Shown: positions 29,547-44,100 of the stretch, in pieces | Layout of the letters: each line of letters begins with the position of its first letter | How positions within the stretch are numbered: position 1 is the first letter of the stretch | DNA from: the human T2T-CHM13v2.0 reference genome, Homo sapiens | Length of the DNA: 64,000 nucleotides | Strand: one strand, 5' to 3' | NCBI RefSeq assembly: GCF_009914755.1 | Contig: NC_060925.1 | Notes under the pieces: model-generated | Database searches by the model: none | Seen by the model: only the letters and a program-made list of their open reading frames with translations | Told to the model about the DNA's origin: nothing | Program-made: the position numbers and the translations under genes

Positions 29547-29579
29547 TGCAGTTTGAAGGAGTGCCAGTAGAGGGCGCCA
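29547..29579 (+). promoter_or_regulatory. CTCF motif with upstream module
   Basis: CCAGTAGAGGGCGC (29564-29577) fits CCASYAGRKGGCRS exactly; TGCAG starts 17 bp upstream. Confidence 0.75.
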
Positions 29580-29665
29580 CGGGTTCATTTCATTTACTCT
29601 GTGGTGCAAGGTTTTTTTTTTTTCCTGAGATTTGTTAAACTTTGAACCATCATTTGAGCAGTGAC

Positions 29666-29881
29666 TTTTTGTTTTGTTTTGTTTTGTTTTGAGACAGAAT
29701 CTCGCTCTAATTGCCCAGGCTGGAGTGCAGTGGCACGATCTTGGCTCACTGCAACCCCTGCCTCCTGGATTTAAGCAATTCTCCTGCCTCAGTCTCCCCA
29801 GTAACTGGGATTTACAGGCAAGCGCCACCACACCCGGCTAATTTTTGTATTTTAGTAGAGACGGCGTTTCACCATGTTGCC
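29666..29881 (-). mobile_element. Partial Alu
   Basis: (TTTTG)n tail plus reverse right arm. Confidence 0.85.
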
Positions 29882-30275
29882 TCAGCATTTGGAACATTGT
29901 GGAAAGAAGCATTTTAATATTTAAAATTTCCCACAAAATCCATTATGCTTGAAACAGACTATCATATGAGGGTAATGGGCACCCTCTGATGATTTTACAG
30001 CTTTTAAATTACATAGGCTAACACCATTGCATTTTAACCTCTCATTTCCATGCAACAAAATGTTAGATGAATCGTTAGACATGCCGATCTTTTTTTTCAT
30101 GGCACAAATTAGGAAGTATTTATTTAAGTGGGCTAATGCTTTACATCCTTGCTAATAGTTCCTAAACATAAATTGTGTGCTAAAACAATTATAGCAGTTT
30201 TTCTAAAACACAAAATATTTGTTCATTTATGTGAGTAATATTTATTTTGTCTTGAACATTTTTATTCATTATTAG

Positions 30276-30401
30276 TATACTGCATTGGAACAAAAACTGA
30301 AAAAATTGACGGAAGATTTGAGTTGTCAGCGACAAAATGCAGAAAGTGCCAGATGTTCTCTGGAACAGAAAATTAAGGAAAAAGAAAAGGAGTTTCAAGA
30401 G
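30276..30401 (+). CDS. CENPF: CENPF exon 8
   Basis: tattag|TATACT (YTALEQKLKK...) to CAAGAG|gtaagg; 126 nt. Confidence 0.95.
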
Positions 30402-30658
30402 GTAAGGTAAATGGATTCATGAGGTGTTTGTCTGAAAGGCTTTTTATGGGCTTTTCATAGTTTGATCACTTGGAAAGGGGAGTTGTTATCACAATTTGGG
30501 AAATTCTCTTAGAGGAGAAATGCTTTGTGAGCTAAAGGTCATCTTATTTTCTTTCACATCTTCACTTTTGCGCTTTTTTTAAATCTTTCAGTTTTTGATT
30601 AGAGAAGGGAATTAGTATTCAGAATTCATCCATGTTTTCTGATTTGTTTGAGATTTGA

Positions 30659-31112
<454 letters not shown>

Positions 31113-31763
31113 TAAATAAATTAGGAGGGTAGTTGATGTGGTGGGGAAAGTGGTTGGCAGAAGAGTGAGGGTGGAAGGTGCCCTTCCATAAGTATCTGCC
31201 AATTTGGTTCTTTCAGGTGATTTAGCCTGAAAAAGTACCATACGGATTAAGAGTCTATAGATTTTAAATAAGAATGCCTGGAAATGTTAGCTGATATCTT
31301 TCTGTGGTTATTAAAGTTAATGGGTAGCATATATTTCCTGTCCTTCTACATTTAAGCCCATTTAAAGTGGTATACAGTTTTTTGTGTTTTAAACACCGTT
31401 TTTGAGTATGTTTGGTTTCTTAGTTGAGCTTTGACTGTTGTAGCTCAGTTCTTCTCTCTTGCCCCTGATCCTTCAAAGTAGAGGTAATTAATTTAAGACT
31501 GAAGATGAGGTGGAAACAGGCTACTTTCCATGTGGTCAACTGATAAGAGTCCTTCCCCTTTCCCTCAGAGACCTGGATTTGATGCCTGAGGGCAGCATGG
31601 AGCACCAAGGCTGACTATGTTCATCGTTAAGTGGACAGTTGGCTCAGCTCCCTGCTGTCTCCTGTGCTCTCTGTGCAGTCGCCTGTTAGGATGCTCATGC
31701 CTCACCCTGGAGTCTCCCTAGCGAACCATCATCAGGCTGATGCACCTGCCCTTTGTTTTTCAG

Positions 31764-31892
31764 GAGCTCTCCCGTCAACAGCGTTCTTTCCAAACACTGG
31801 ACCAGGAGTGCATCCAGATGAAGGCCAGACTCACCCAGGAGTTACAGCAAGCCAAGAATATGCACAACGTCCTGCAGGCTGAACTGGATAAA
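31764..31892 (+). CDS. CENPF: CENPF exon 9
   Basis: tttcag|GAGCTC (ELSRQQRS...) to GATAAA|gtaggg; 129 nt. Confidence 0.95.
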
Positions 31893-32682
31893 GTAGGGGC
31901 CGTGTCTCTCTCTCTCTCCTTAATCATCCCCTCTTGTTCCTTGTACTTGTTACTTCTCTACCATAACTGACATATGATACTTTCAAAGAAAAAGCGCTCC
32001 ACCTTCACTTTCCCTATCAAAGTGGAGAATGTACAGAACCATTCTGGCTCTAGGTTTCCTCATCTAGAGAAACAGTGGGGGTGAGTTAGGATTTCAGATC
32101 CGAAAGTCTGTGGAGCTCTCTCATAATCTGTTGGTTCTTGGTTCCATGACCAGGTGGGAGCTGTCCCAAGTAATTTATGCCCCCAAGTAGTTAAAGCACT
32201 GAAAATTATAATCACTTTACTTATTTAAGACTCACTCCCAAAGTGGTCTCATCCAGTTTTGTGGCTTTACATATCATCTATGTGATGATGACTCTACCCA
32301 GCCTGGATGTCTATTCTAGACTTCAGGTGTGTGGATGTGTGCTTGACAGTCCACTCACATGTCTAAAGGCACTTCATAGTAACATGCTAAGAATTGAACT
32401 CTAGGTATTTTTCTTTTTCAAAACTGTTCCTCCCTTAGTCTTCCTTACCCTGCTAACTTGCACTTCCATTCCCCGCATTGCTGGGACCAAAACCTCCATG
32501 TCACTTCTATTCTTCTTTTTCTCTTACACTTGAATCTGCTGCCTCTACTGATGGATACTTAGGTTATCAACATTTTCTTGTTCCCTGTGGCACTGTTTGT
32601 AATATCACGGGGCAGGTATCTTTGTGTATGTGTGCTGATGTTTCTATAGGTCAGATTTCTGCATGTGAAATTTATAGCCTAA

Positions 32683-33036
<354 letters not shown>

Positions 33037-33709
33037 TAACATTTGACAGTTACTGCCAAATTGCCCTCCATAAAAGCTGTAGCAGTTACTCTCCTACCAG
33101 GTACAAGAGAGGGCCTGTTTCCTCTCATCCTTGCTAATTGGAGGTAGTCTCGGTTTTTAAAATTGTTGCTAATCAAGGAGTGAAAAATACTGTCATATCA
33201 TTGTTTTAATTCACACTTCCTTGATTACCATTGAAGCTATCTCTTTCAATAGCCATTTGTATTTTTTGTATAAAGTTTTCTGTTTCTAGCCATTGCCCTT
33301 TTGTTCAATCATAGAGCGCTGTATATGTTGTATTACAGATATACTGTCTTTTATTCTGTTATATATATTGAAAATGTGTTCTCTTAGCCTGTTTCTTATC
33401 TCAACTTATTTTCCTTTTGGTTATTTATTAATACCTAGCTGTTTTATTTTTTGTGGTTAAATCTTTTTCCTGTGTGGTCTCCTTGCCACACCCAGCCTCT
33501 TTCATCTCCTATATGCAGCCGCTGAGTGACGTCGCAAGGTCACATTATGGTATTTTAAGACATATTTAGCTGTGACGTATACTGTATCTCAGCCAAAATA
33601 GATGGCATCCATTTTGATATTCCATGACCATTTTATTGTTTAAGAATACATGATTAATGAAAAAGTAAAGAACATGAAAATGAAACTTGGTCTCTTTTTC
33701 TTTTTGTAG

Positions 33710-33832
33710 CTCACATCAGTAAAGCAACAGCTAGAAAACAATTTGGAAGAGTTTAAGCAAAAGTTGTGCAGAGCTGAACAGGCGTTCCAGGCGAGTCAGA
33801 TCAAGGAGAATGAGCTGAGGAGAAGCATGGAG
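33710..33832 (+). CDS. CENPF: CENPF exon 10
   Basis: ttgtag|CTCACA (LTSVKQQLE...) to ATGGAG|gtaagg; 123 nt. Confidence 0.95.
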
Positions 33833-36800
33833 GTAAGGGAGGAGGATGCCGAATTTTCTCCACTTATGTAAGAACCAAGTGCAAGGGGAAAAGAATATTC
33901 CTATTCCATTTGTCAGTTGCTTGTCATGACTGTGTGCCTTTTTCTTTTCTATTCACCAGAAGTAAGTATTACAGAATTTTCTGTATATAACCCATGACAG
34001 AATATGATTGCTTATTTTTCTACTCTCTATTCTGTATATAATTACTAATATGCATCTAGCAATTATAGCATATCTAGCAATATGTGTCTACAACATGACT
34101 TGTATTAAGAATATGTAGTCCTTCCTTAAAGATTGTTTTAGACCCCCAGGGAGGTGGAAAGATGGGAAAGGAAGGAAGGGATTTTTTAAATGGAAAGAAA
34201 CAAAATTGGAAGTATCATCTAAATCCCTTTTCTAACTGTTGGCATTTGTGTCTTTCAATATTAAAAACACGTGGAAAGTCATAGATTTAAATAAACAAAA
34301 GTAGTGACAGATAAAGAGTTTCTAGATTAAAAATTCTTATAAAAACATCAAGCAATTGTCAACTATATGACTCTGGCTTCAAAAGTGGACACTGACCTTA
34401 ATGTTCAGCCTGTGCATGCCCTGGTTGACGGTGTCTTTGGAGACTTTGTTTTGTCCACAAAGTGGTGGATGAGGGTTCCTGAATGGCATGGATGCCCTGA
34501 TGGGATTTTATGCATACATACTTCAATTTGGCTTCTCTCTGAATTTATTTAGTGGCCTGGATTTTATTTTAAAGGGCTTAATTAAGAACCATTCAGTGAC
34601 AGTTAATAGACTGAAACAATTTGAAGAGAGCCATAAATCAACATTGTAATTTTAAGAAGAGGAACAACACAAGAATGGTAGAAATTTCTTCTCCATCAAA
34701 CCCCACAGGAAAGAATGTTTTTCTGTTTATTCTTTAAATGTTCTATGATCACTTTTTAGGCTGTAAAGATTAAGAAAACTTTGTCCATAAAGAACAGTTA
34801 TTTGTTCAGGTGAGGAAAGTCTAAATGTATTTATCCCCACCGCTTTGCAGAGTGTATCATGATGGTAAAATCAGAACATCTGTCAGTAGCAGACAGGTGA
34901 TTGTTAAATCAGCTAACCCCAAAGGGGCAATACTGCTGGAGATAGGGGGCTGCAGCTCCAGCCACAAAGTGGAAGAAAACTTCAAATCAGATGATAGTTT
35001 CATCAGCAAACGTTTTCAAATGGAAGTGTTTGTTTCAGCAAAACAAATGTTTGCCTTTTGGCCAGTGGGGACCAACCAACAGATGCTTCTGCTAACATTT
35101 CCACAGGCAGACTGGCATCGAACTCTTCCCTCTGTGAGCTTCCCTTTCAGCCAGGAACTCTCCCGCGACTCCACTGGCTGCCTGGTGGAAACATTTTGTA
35201 AAAGCAATCATCTGGTTAAGAGAGTCCAAACACTTTAAAAACTGCTTGCTTGGCCAAGTCGCAGTAGTGGGCTGGACATTGTCTTGCAGGTGTTTCTGAA
35301 GACTTGTTCATCCCCACGAGGTCTGGTCCGTGAGCTGTAGCGCTGTCCTCAGTTAATCCAAGCCTGTACTGAGGTGCATGCATCACATTTCACTGGTATA
35401 TCATTGATGTCTGTGTCAAATGAGGGCATCTGTGTGAAAGTGTCTAGCACCGGGCCTGGGGATGAAGTTAATATTTGTCTTAATTTATGGTTATGTTTAT
35501 GTATGTGTCATCTTTTGAGGGTGATAGCAAGATTTCAAAGAGTTTGGCTGGCTCTTGTGTTTTGCATTGGGATTGGGACCAGATAACTGATGAACCCAGT
35601 TAGAGTGGTGGTGTAACTTAGTGGGAAAATGGTAGTGGCTTTAGAGTGAGTGAGATCTGAGATTGTGTTGCTTTTCTGCCACCTACCGCAATGTGACCTT
35701 TAGACAGTGGCTTACCCTTTCTCAGTCTGACTTTCCTCATCTGCATATAGGGACAAATCATTCTCCTGCCTTTTCAAGGCTGTATTCTTGGTTAAGTTAA
35801 ATATTGTATGTAAAGTGCTTAGCCCAGTGCCCAGCACATAAGTGCTCAGTCAGTTATTGCAGTCCAACACCTGCCCATTGCCTTGGTCTTCATCACTGCC
35901 ATGACCTTTTGATGTTAGCATTGTTTGCTGTCACCTACAGGCACAGAAAGTGTGATCAGGGGACAGTGCACTTGAGATTTCTCATATTTATAATTTTGCC
36001 TGTTCTATTACTGTGTCACTCTGGGTATCTTTCTGTGTCTAATTATATGTAAGCACTAACAAATTTAGGACGCTTATAGGTTTTGGATGCCGAAATAATG
36101 TGACAGTTGTACTGAAATTTTCCTTGTCTGTGTTTAGTAAACATGCTGCTCACAATGAGAAATTATCAGTACTGGAAATGTGATTTAATGGCCCAATCAA
36201 GGGTAAAGTTAACATTTAGTATCAAAGTGAATGGAGGGTTTAGATAAGCTGCTCGTCCACTATCCAGTGCCAGCCCCATAGCATTGGGGTTAGGCAATAA
36301 AATACCATCGTTTGACAGTCAAGATGAGGGAACACTTGCCTGGGGACCTTTCCAAGCATAGGGATCTGTATTACACTAGGTCCTCTAAGGAGCTGGCTCT
36401 GGCAAGCAAGAGAGATGAGGAGGAAAGGGAAAAACACATTCTTTGCATCCATCCCTTATCCAAGTATATAGGCTTCGCCCAGCAGGGGACGTATTAAGCT
36501 ATATTCATGGATGGGATCATGAAATGCCACACAGTAGCTGAAATTTGTTTTGTCTGGCCCTAGGAAATGATGCCTCCCTTGCTGCTCCTAAAGCGAAGTT
36601 GATCTGGGTGGAATTGCTTGCTAAGCTCTAATGCTGGCTTGTGGTTATAGGGATTTTTGTTGTGCTTTTCCAGCATAGTACCCAATTTTGCAAATCATGT
36701 GAGGATGCAGGAGATGCCTAGGAAAATGTATCTTTGTATGCTTAACTCATTGTTGATAATGAGATACCCAATCAAGTCTTAAGTGGCTGTAGCCTCGTGG

Positions 36801-39095
36801 AAAACTAATTGCTGATGGATGGCAGCTTGCACATCCATTTTCAGATGTTCATTTTCTAAATTCTGGCCTTTTAAAATTCTTGGGTTGGTCATAGCCATAG
36901 CATTATAAGCCTGCTGGGTCCCAGGATTGGCTGAACATTTCTTCGTTAGACACAAATATTTACGGAGCTAATGCCAGAATAGAGAAAGTCATGTTAATCT
37001 TTCCATTGAGCTTACTATTCATTTAAATGTCTCCAGTTATGGACAGACATGGATCGAGACCAACAAACACATAAACATAAAATTCCCCATCTTTCCCTGG
37101 TGCCCTCTCTCTCTTCTTTTTTCCTTCCTTCCTATTGGGACGCACCTAGTTTTGCACAGTGTCTTTCCAGCTTTCTTGTCAAGCCTCCAGATGCAGGTGT
37201 CATTTGATTTGATTAAAAAATTTTTTTTTTAGAGTAAGAAAATATTTTTTCATTTGCAAAATAAAAATGCTAAGTCGACCCAGGTAATTACATTCTAGTT
37301 CCTCTTCTATGTTGACCTCATTCAGCTGATCTTAGCATTGATTACAGAGATCTGGCTACTGTTAAATTTTGGGAGGAAATACTACTAATAATGCTACATT
37401 GCCCCTGTCAAAGTGCTTTAAGATGTTTGTCCTTTCACATCTGTGATCTCATTTGAGGGGTGATTATTCTGAGTCTGAAGAACAAACCAGTCATTATACG
37501 TTCCATAATTTAATGATGCTAATTTAAATCAATAACATTGTTGCACCTTAATGATCGTGCTTTGCAAAGTTTAACACTGACTAGTGTGAATGTTAGCCTA
37601 TCAATCTTGAGATCGGTTGGAGCTGCCCTTTAGTTCTGATTGATATCTTAATTCGATAGAGTGTCAGTTTAGCAGCAGGGAAGCAGGATCAGGACACGGT
37701 AGATGGGAGTATAATAACTACAACAGGTTCTGTCTTATTTTAATGATGAAATGAACGCATATACATGAACGGAGCAGCTGCCAGCAAGTTTTCAAGTACT
37801 TTCTACTAGCCAGATTCTCCCTCTTCTTGAATTTGGCTTTGCTACATCGGTACCCATCTGCTGGTAGTAACCAGACTGATAATTGAAGGCAGCCTTCCAA
37901 CACAGTATTGCCACGGCCATCTGTTTTCTAACAGTGCAGTAGGGTTTTGGAGGATGGGTCTTAATTGTTTCTTTAAGATTCAGAATTTTTCCTCTACTTC
38001 ACAAAGGGGTAATTTTGGTAGGTTTGAAATGCAGTTTAGAAAAAAGTTAGCTTTATATGATTTTTCCCCGCTTGAGGATGTGAGGTGCTTGGTTCTCTTA
38101 GCTTGTAATGATTTATGCCAATTCCCTGTGGTCCAAAGGGTGGCATACAGTATAGGTTGAGATACTTGTTTGTTATGTGAGTCTTATGTGGTTAATAAGC
38201 AAAAAAGTTTTTCTTTGGCATGTAAATATTGCTTGCTTTTAAGATTCAGAACATATAGGCCTCCCTAGTAGTAGAATGGAACTACACATGTACCTGTGTT
38301 ACTTTATTGCATGCTGTTGCGTGGATGTCTCTTCAATCAGATGCCCAAAGAACCTGTTTTCACTGTGAAAGCTCAGAAGCTAGAATTAATTCTTCCTCTG
38401 TGTTCCAGCCCTCTGATTTCCCATAGCACACTCAATGTCTCTTTAGTATTTAGCATATCCTATTGTGTATTAAATGATTAGTATCACATCTTCCCCCACT
38501 GGAGGATGTCTGCCCCAAGGGCAGAGACTCTGTCTTATTTATATTTGCATTTTTTGTAATGCACATTCCAGCATCTTGAATATTGTTGGTTTTCTTGATA
38601 AGCATTTATTGAAGGTAATTTTTCCCACAGAATCATTCCTGTAACAGCAAACCTTAAGATGGTTTTGCAATGAAAAGTAAACATATGTGCTGAGATTTTT
38701 TTTTTTTTTTGGTTTATTAACAAATCAAATGTTTGCAAAGGTATATTTGGCCATTCAGGTGTGATAGGAACTTGGAGGTTTTGTCTTGAGGATCTTGTAG
38801 ATAGGATTTTCCTTTTGAGCTTACTCTTTAATAGGCGTATGAACAATGAGAAAGTTCAATGAAACTTCTTGAAAGAAAAAATTATCTTCAGATTTGGGTT
38901 TGATGCTGTTGTCTTCTGTTCATAACATTATTTAAGTAAGAATGTCTGACTTCATTAGGTACTCAAACGGGGAAATTGTGATTCTTTCCCTAGTGAGATA
39001 CACAAACAGTTCTGCTAGGGACCTTTATTAAGGCAGAAGTCATAACTTACTTGAGCATTCGTTTTGGCTATAACCAATTAAAATGTGTGTTTTAG

Positions 39096-39231
39096 GAAAT
39101 GAAGAAGGAAAACAACCTCCTTAAGAGTCACTCTGAGCAAAAGGCCAGAGAAGTCTGCCACCTGGAGGCAGAACTCAAGAACATCAAACAGTGTTTAAAT
39201 CAGAGCCAGAATTTTGCAGAAGAAATGAAAG
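39096..39231 (+). CDS. CENPF: CENPF exon 11
   Basis: ttttag|GAAATG (EMKKENNLLK...) to GAAAG|gtaagt; 136 nt. Confidence 0.95.
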
Positions 39232-39907
39232 GTAAGTAAACTTAGTATTTTAGAGTTACCTTTCTAAGCTGCTATTCCTGTGAGAGGGGATGGATGGCAT
39301 TAACATATTAGAGAAACTCTTTGGATTTTTTTTCATATATTCCCTCAAAAAGATGTGCGCAGTTGATGTGGAAGAGTTTTCCCTCTTCTAGTTTTTAGTT
39401 TCCAGAGTGAGAGTGGGACTTTTTTTAATTGGAACATATTGAGTCCCAAACGCCTGATGCTCAGCACTTTGAAATCAGAAGGGTAAATATTTTCCACACA
39501 AAGCTAAATTGTCAGTGCTGTCTCTCACCCCCGAGTGCTATTCTCTGTGTCTCTAGTGTGCTTGTTAGTTACATCCAGACAGCTCATCTCCTGACTCATT
39601 ACCATTTCCCTTATAATGGAAAAACCCTATATTAAATGCATGTTTTCCAAGCTCCTAATGACCATTGTTTTTTGATGACTTACTTGACTGAATGATTTTA
39701 TTTTCTTATTTTAAAGCCAAAGAATTCTGCTCTACACATCAAATGAATCCACTCTTGGTTTCATATTTGTATGTTTGTGCCGGATGTCTTCTACATACCC
39801 TTTATTTTCTCACCTGGGGTGTTTGCATATCTAGAATTTCTTTGAACTCTGTCCTGTGGAATGTGTGTCACACTTCTCTGTGACTATTTTTTTAAAACCC
39901 CAATCTT

Positions 39908-40060
39908 GGTGTGGTGGCGGGTGCCTGTAGTCCCAGCTACTCTGGAGGCTGAGGCAGGAGAATGGCATGAACCCAGGAGGCGGAGATTGCGCCACTGCAC
40001 TCCAGCCAGGGCGACAGAGCGAGACTCCATCTCAAAAAAATAAAACAAAACAAAAACCCA
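39908..40060 (+). mobile_element. Alu right arm (AluY-like)
   Basis: GGCGGGTGCCTGTAGTCCCAGC...GAATGGCATGAACCC...A-tail. Confidence 0.85.
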
Positions 40061-41150
40061 ATCTTCCCAAGACAGCTTTTAGTTTTTCCACAGCAGCAGA
40101 TAGAAATGTCAGTTTTCAGCTTTCTTGAAGGGAAACTGTAAGAAAAGGAACAGTTGGGGCATTTTTCAGTGTTGATCACCCAGGTGATTGTTTGAGTTGC
40201 TCACAGCAAAGTGGGATGAAGCCCTTGTGGTGCTGTCTACATAAGCCCTTAACTATAAGTAGGTAGATTGAGATTGACAGCTTAGAAGTTCGTACTGCTT
40301 TCCACTTGATATGATGTCTGAGATTGTAATACATGTTACCTTTATCATCTACTGTGGAGGTTCTCAACTTTCAATCTCCCCCAACATACTTGAGCAACAT
40401 GAAGCCTTCTTATCACTGTTTAATGAAAACATCGTGGTTATTCCCAACCAGGAGGGGCCAGTATGTATAGATGAGTCATTAGGCAGAAGACAGGGGGTAA
40501 CGGAGTTTGAAGAAGCTTCCAAATGACTGTGACATTCATAGACACTGCCACCCTTACTATGAGGGGCTGGGATGGGGGTGATAATGTTCCTCAGGAATAT
40601 TCACATATAGGCCTTGAGAATTACTGATATATGGCATCATTTACTCTTTTCTACTTAAGTCTAATCCTGTGGATGTTTTAGCTAAAATGGTGGAGTACTT
40701 ATTTACTTTTCTGAGACATCAGAATTACTCTACAATAAAGTGGGATGTTCCCATTTCAGTGCTGTTCTTGTCCCAGTTTTCTCTCTTGGAATAAATATTT
40801 GAAAAGATGGTAAAAATATACACATATGTAAACACATACAAAGAAAAGAAACAGTGCTTAGGAAAATCATCCCTTGGTATTTTATTCAATAACATGTTCT
40901 TAAGCTGCTAGAAAGAAGATGAACAAATGTGTTACTCTCCTTAAGATGACCATTTTTCTCATTTTTATATAAGATAATTACCAAGTGATCCACTTTCTAG
41001 GAGGTACCCAGGCAATAATGCCAGTTTTTCCAGGGCTTGAGTAGTTGTTAGTTTGTTTGGATTTTGCCAGGGGGCGGGGGGAGGGGTTAGCGTTTCTGTA
41101 GAATAAACATTTATTACAAACATTGACGACTTTTATTTATTTTTAAATAG

Positions 41151-44100
41151 CGAAGAATACCTCTCAGGAAACCATGTTAAGAGATCTTCAAGAAAAAATA
41201 AATCAGCAAGAAAACTCCTTGACTTTAGAAAAACTGAAGCTTGCTGTGGCTGATCTGGAAAAGCAGCGAGATTGTTCTCAAGACCTTTTGAAGAAAAGAG
41301 AACATCACATTGAACAACTTAATGATAAGTTAAGCAAGACAGAGAAAGAGTCCAAAGCCTTGCTGAGTGCTTTAGAGTTAAAAAAGAAAGAATATGAAGA
41401 ATTGAAAGAAGAGAAAACTCTGTTTTCTTGTTGGAAAAGTGAAAACGAAAAACTTTTAACTCAGATGGAATCAGAAAAGGAAAACTTGCAGAGTAAAATT
41501 AATCACTTGGAAACTTGTCTGAAGACACAGCAAATAAAAAGTCATGAATACAACGAGAGAGTAAGAACGCTGGAGATGGACAGAGAAAACCTAAGTGTCG
41601 AGATCAGAAACCTTCACAACGTGTTAGACAGTAAGTCAGTGGAGGTAGAGACCCAGAAACTAGCTTATATGGAGCTACAGCAGAAAGCTGAGTTCTCAGA
41701 TCAGAAACATCAGAAGGAAATAGAAAATATGTGTTTGAAGACTTCTCAGCTTACTGGGCAAGTTGAAGATCTAGAACACAAGCTTCAGTTACTGTCAAAT
41801 GAAATAATGGACAAAGACCGGTGTTACCAAGACTTGCATGCCGAATATGAGAGCCTCAGGGATCTGCTAAAATCCAAAGATGCTTCTCTGGTGACAAATG
41901 AAGATCATCAGAGAAGTCTTTTGGCTTTTGATCAGCAGCCTGCCATGCATCATTCCTTTGCAAATATAATTGGAGAACAAGGAAGCATGCCTTCAGAGAG
42001 GAGTGAATGTCGTTTAGAAGCAGACCAAAGTCCGAAAAATTCTGCCATCCTACAAAATAGAGTTGATTCACTTGAATTTTCATTAGAGTCTCAAAAACAG
42101 ATGAACTCAGACCTGCAAAAGCAGTGTGAAGAGTTGGTGCAAATCAAAGGAGAAATAGAAGAAAATCTCATGAAAGCAGAACAGATGCATCAAAGTTTTG
42201 TGGCTGAAACAAGTCAGCGCATTAGTAAGTTACAGGAAGACACTTCTGCTCACCAGAATGTTGTTGCTGAAACCTTAAGTGCCCTTGAGAACAAGGAAAA
42301 AGAGCTGCAACTTTTAAATGATAAGGTAGAAACTGAGCAGGCAGAGATTCAAGAATTAAAAAAGAGCAACCATCTACTTGAAGACTCTCTAAAGGAGCTA
42401 CAACTTTTATCCGAAACCCTAAGCTTGGAGAAGAAAGAAATGAGTTCCATCATTTCTTTAAATAAAAGGGAAATTGAAGAGCTGACCCAAGAGAATGGGA
42501 CTCTTAAGGAAATTAATGCATCCTTAAATCAAGAGAAGATGAACTTAATCCAGAAAAGTGAGAGTTTTGCAAACTATATAGATGAAAGGGAGAAAAGCAT
42601 TTCAGAGTTATCTGATCAGTACAAGCAAGAAAAACTTATTTTACTACAAAGATGTGAAGAAACCGGAAATGCATATGAGGATCTTAGTCAAAAATACAAA
42701 GCAGCACAGGAAAAGAATTCTAAATTAGAATGCTTGCTAAATGAATGCACTAGTCTTTGTGAAAATAGGAAAAATGAGTTGGAACAGCTAAAGGAAGCAT
42801 TTGCAAAGGAACACCAAGAATTCTTAACAAAATTAGCATTTGCTGAAGAAAGAAATCAGAATCTGATGCTAGAGTTGGAGACAGTGCAGCAAGCTCTGAG
42901 ATCTGAGATGACAGATAACCAAAACAATTCTAAGAGCGAGGCTGGTGGTTTAAAGCAAGAAATCATGACTTTAAAGGAAGAACAAAACAAAATGCAAAAG
43001 GAAGTTAATGACTTATTACAAGAGAATGAACAGCTGATGAAGGTAATGAAGACTAAACATGAATGTCAAAATCTAGAATCAGAACCAATTAGGAACTCTG
43101 TGAAAGAAAGAGAGAGTGAGAGAAATCAATGTAATTTTAAACCTCAGATGGATCTTGAAGTTAAAGAAATTTCTCTAGATAGTTATAATGCGCAGTTGGT
43201 GCAATTAGAAGCTATGCTAAGAAATAAGGAATTAAAACTTCAGGAAAGTGAGAAGGAGAAGGAGTGCCTGCAGCATGAATTACAGACAATTAGAGGAGAT
43301 CTTGAAACCAGCAATTTGCAAGACATGCAGTCACAAGAAATTAGTGGCCTTAAAGACTGTGAAATAGATGCGGAAGAAAAGTATATTTCAGGGCCTCATG
43401 AGTTGTCAACAAGTCAAAACGACAATGCACACCTTCAGTGCTCTCTGCAAACAACAATGAACAAGCTGAATGAGCTAGAGAAAATATGTGAAATACTGCA
43501 GGCTGAAAAGTATGAACTCGTAACTGAGCTGAATGATTCAAGGTCAGAATGTATCACAGCAACTAGGAAAATGGCAGAAGAGGTAGGGAAACTACTAAAT
43601 GAAGTTAAAATATTAAATGATGACAGTGGTCTTCTCCATGGTGAGTTAGTGGAAGACATACCAGGAGGTGAATTTGGTGAACAACCAAATGAACAGCACC
43701 CTGTGTCTTTGGCTCCATTGGACGAGAGTAATTCCTACGAGCACTTGACATTGTCAGACAAAGAAGTTCAAATGCACTTTGCCGAATTGCAAGAGAAATT
43801 CTTATCTTTACAAAGTGAACACAAAATTTTACATGATCAGCACTGTCAGATGAGCTCTAAAATGTCAGAGCTGCAGACCTATGTTGACTCATTAAAGGCC
43901 GAAAATTTGGTCTTGTCAACGAATCTGAGAAACTTTCAAGGTGACTTGGTGAAGGAGATGCAGCTGGGCTTGGAGGAGGGGCTCGTTCCATCCCTGTCAT
44001 CCTCTTGTGTGCCTGACAGCTCTAGTCTTAGCAGTTTGGGAGACTCCTCCTTTTACAGAGCTCTTTTAGAACAGACAGGAGATATGTCTCTTTTGAGTAA

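Noticed and set aside
33525-33580. CRE-like TGACGT motifs and AAGGTCA before exon 10
   Set aside because: Short motifs expected by chance; no supporting context.
34825-35400. 137-aa ORF and exon-like AG/GT signals in repeat-poor intron 10
   Set aside because: No recognisable homology and the candidate exon near 35290-35373 has stops in all frames; a conservation track would be needed to say more.
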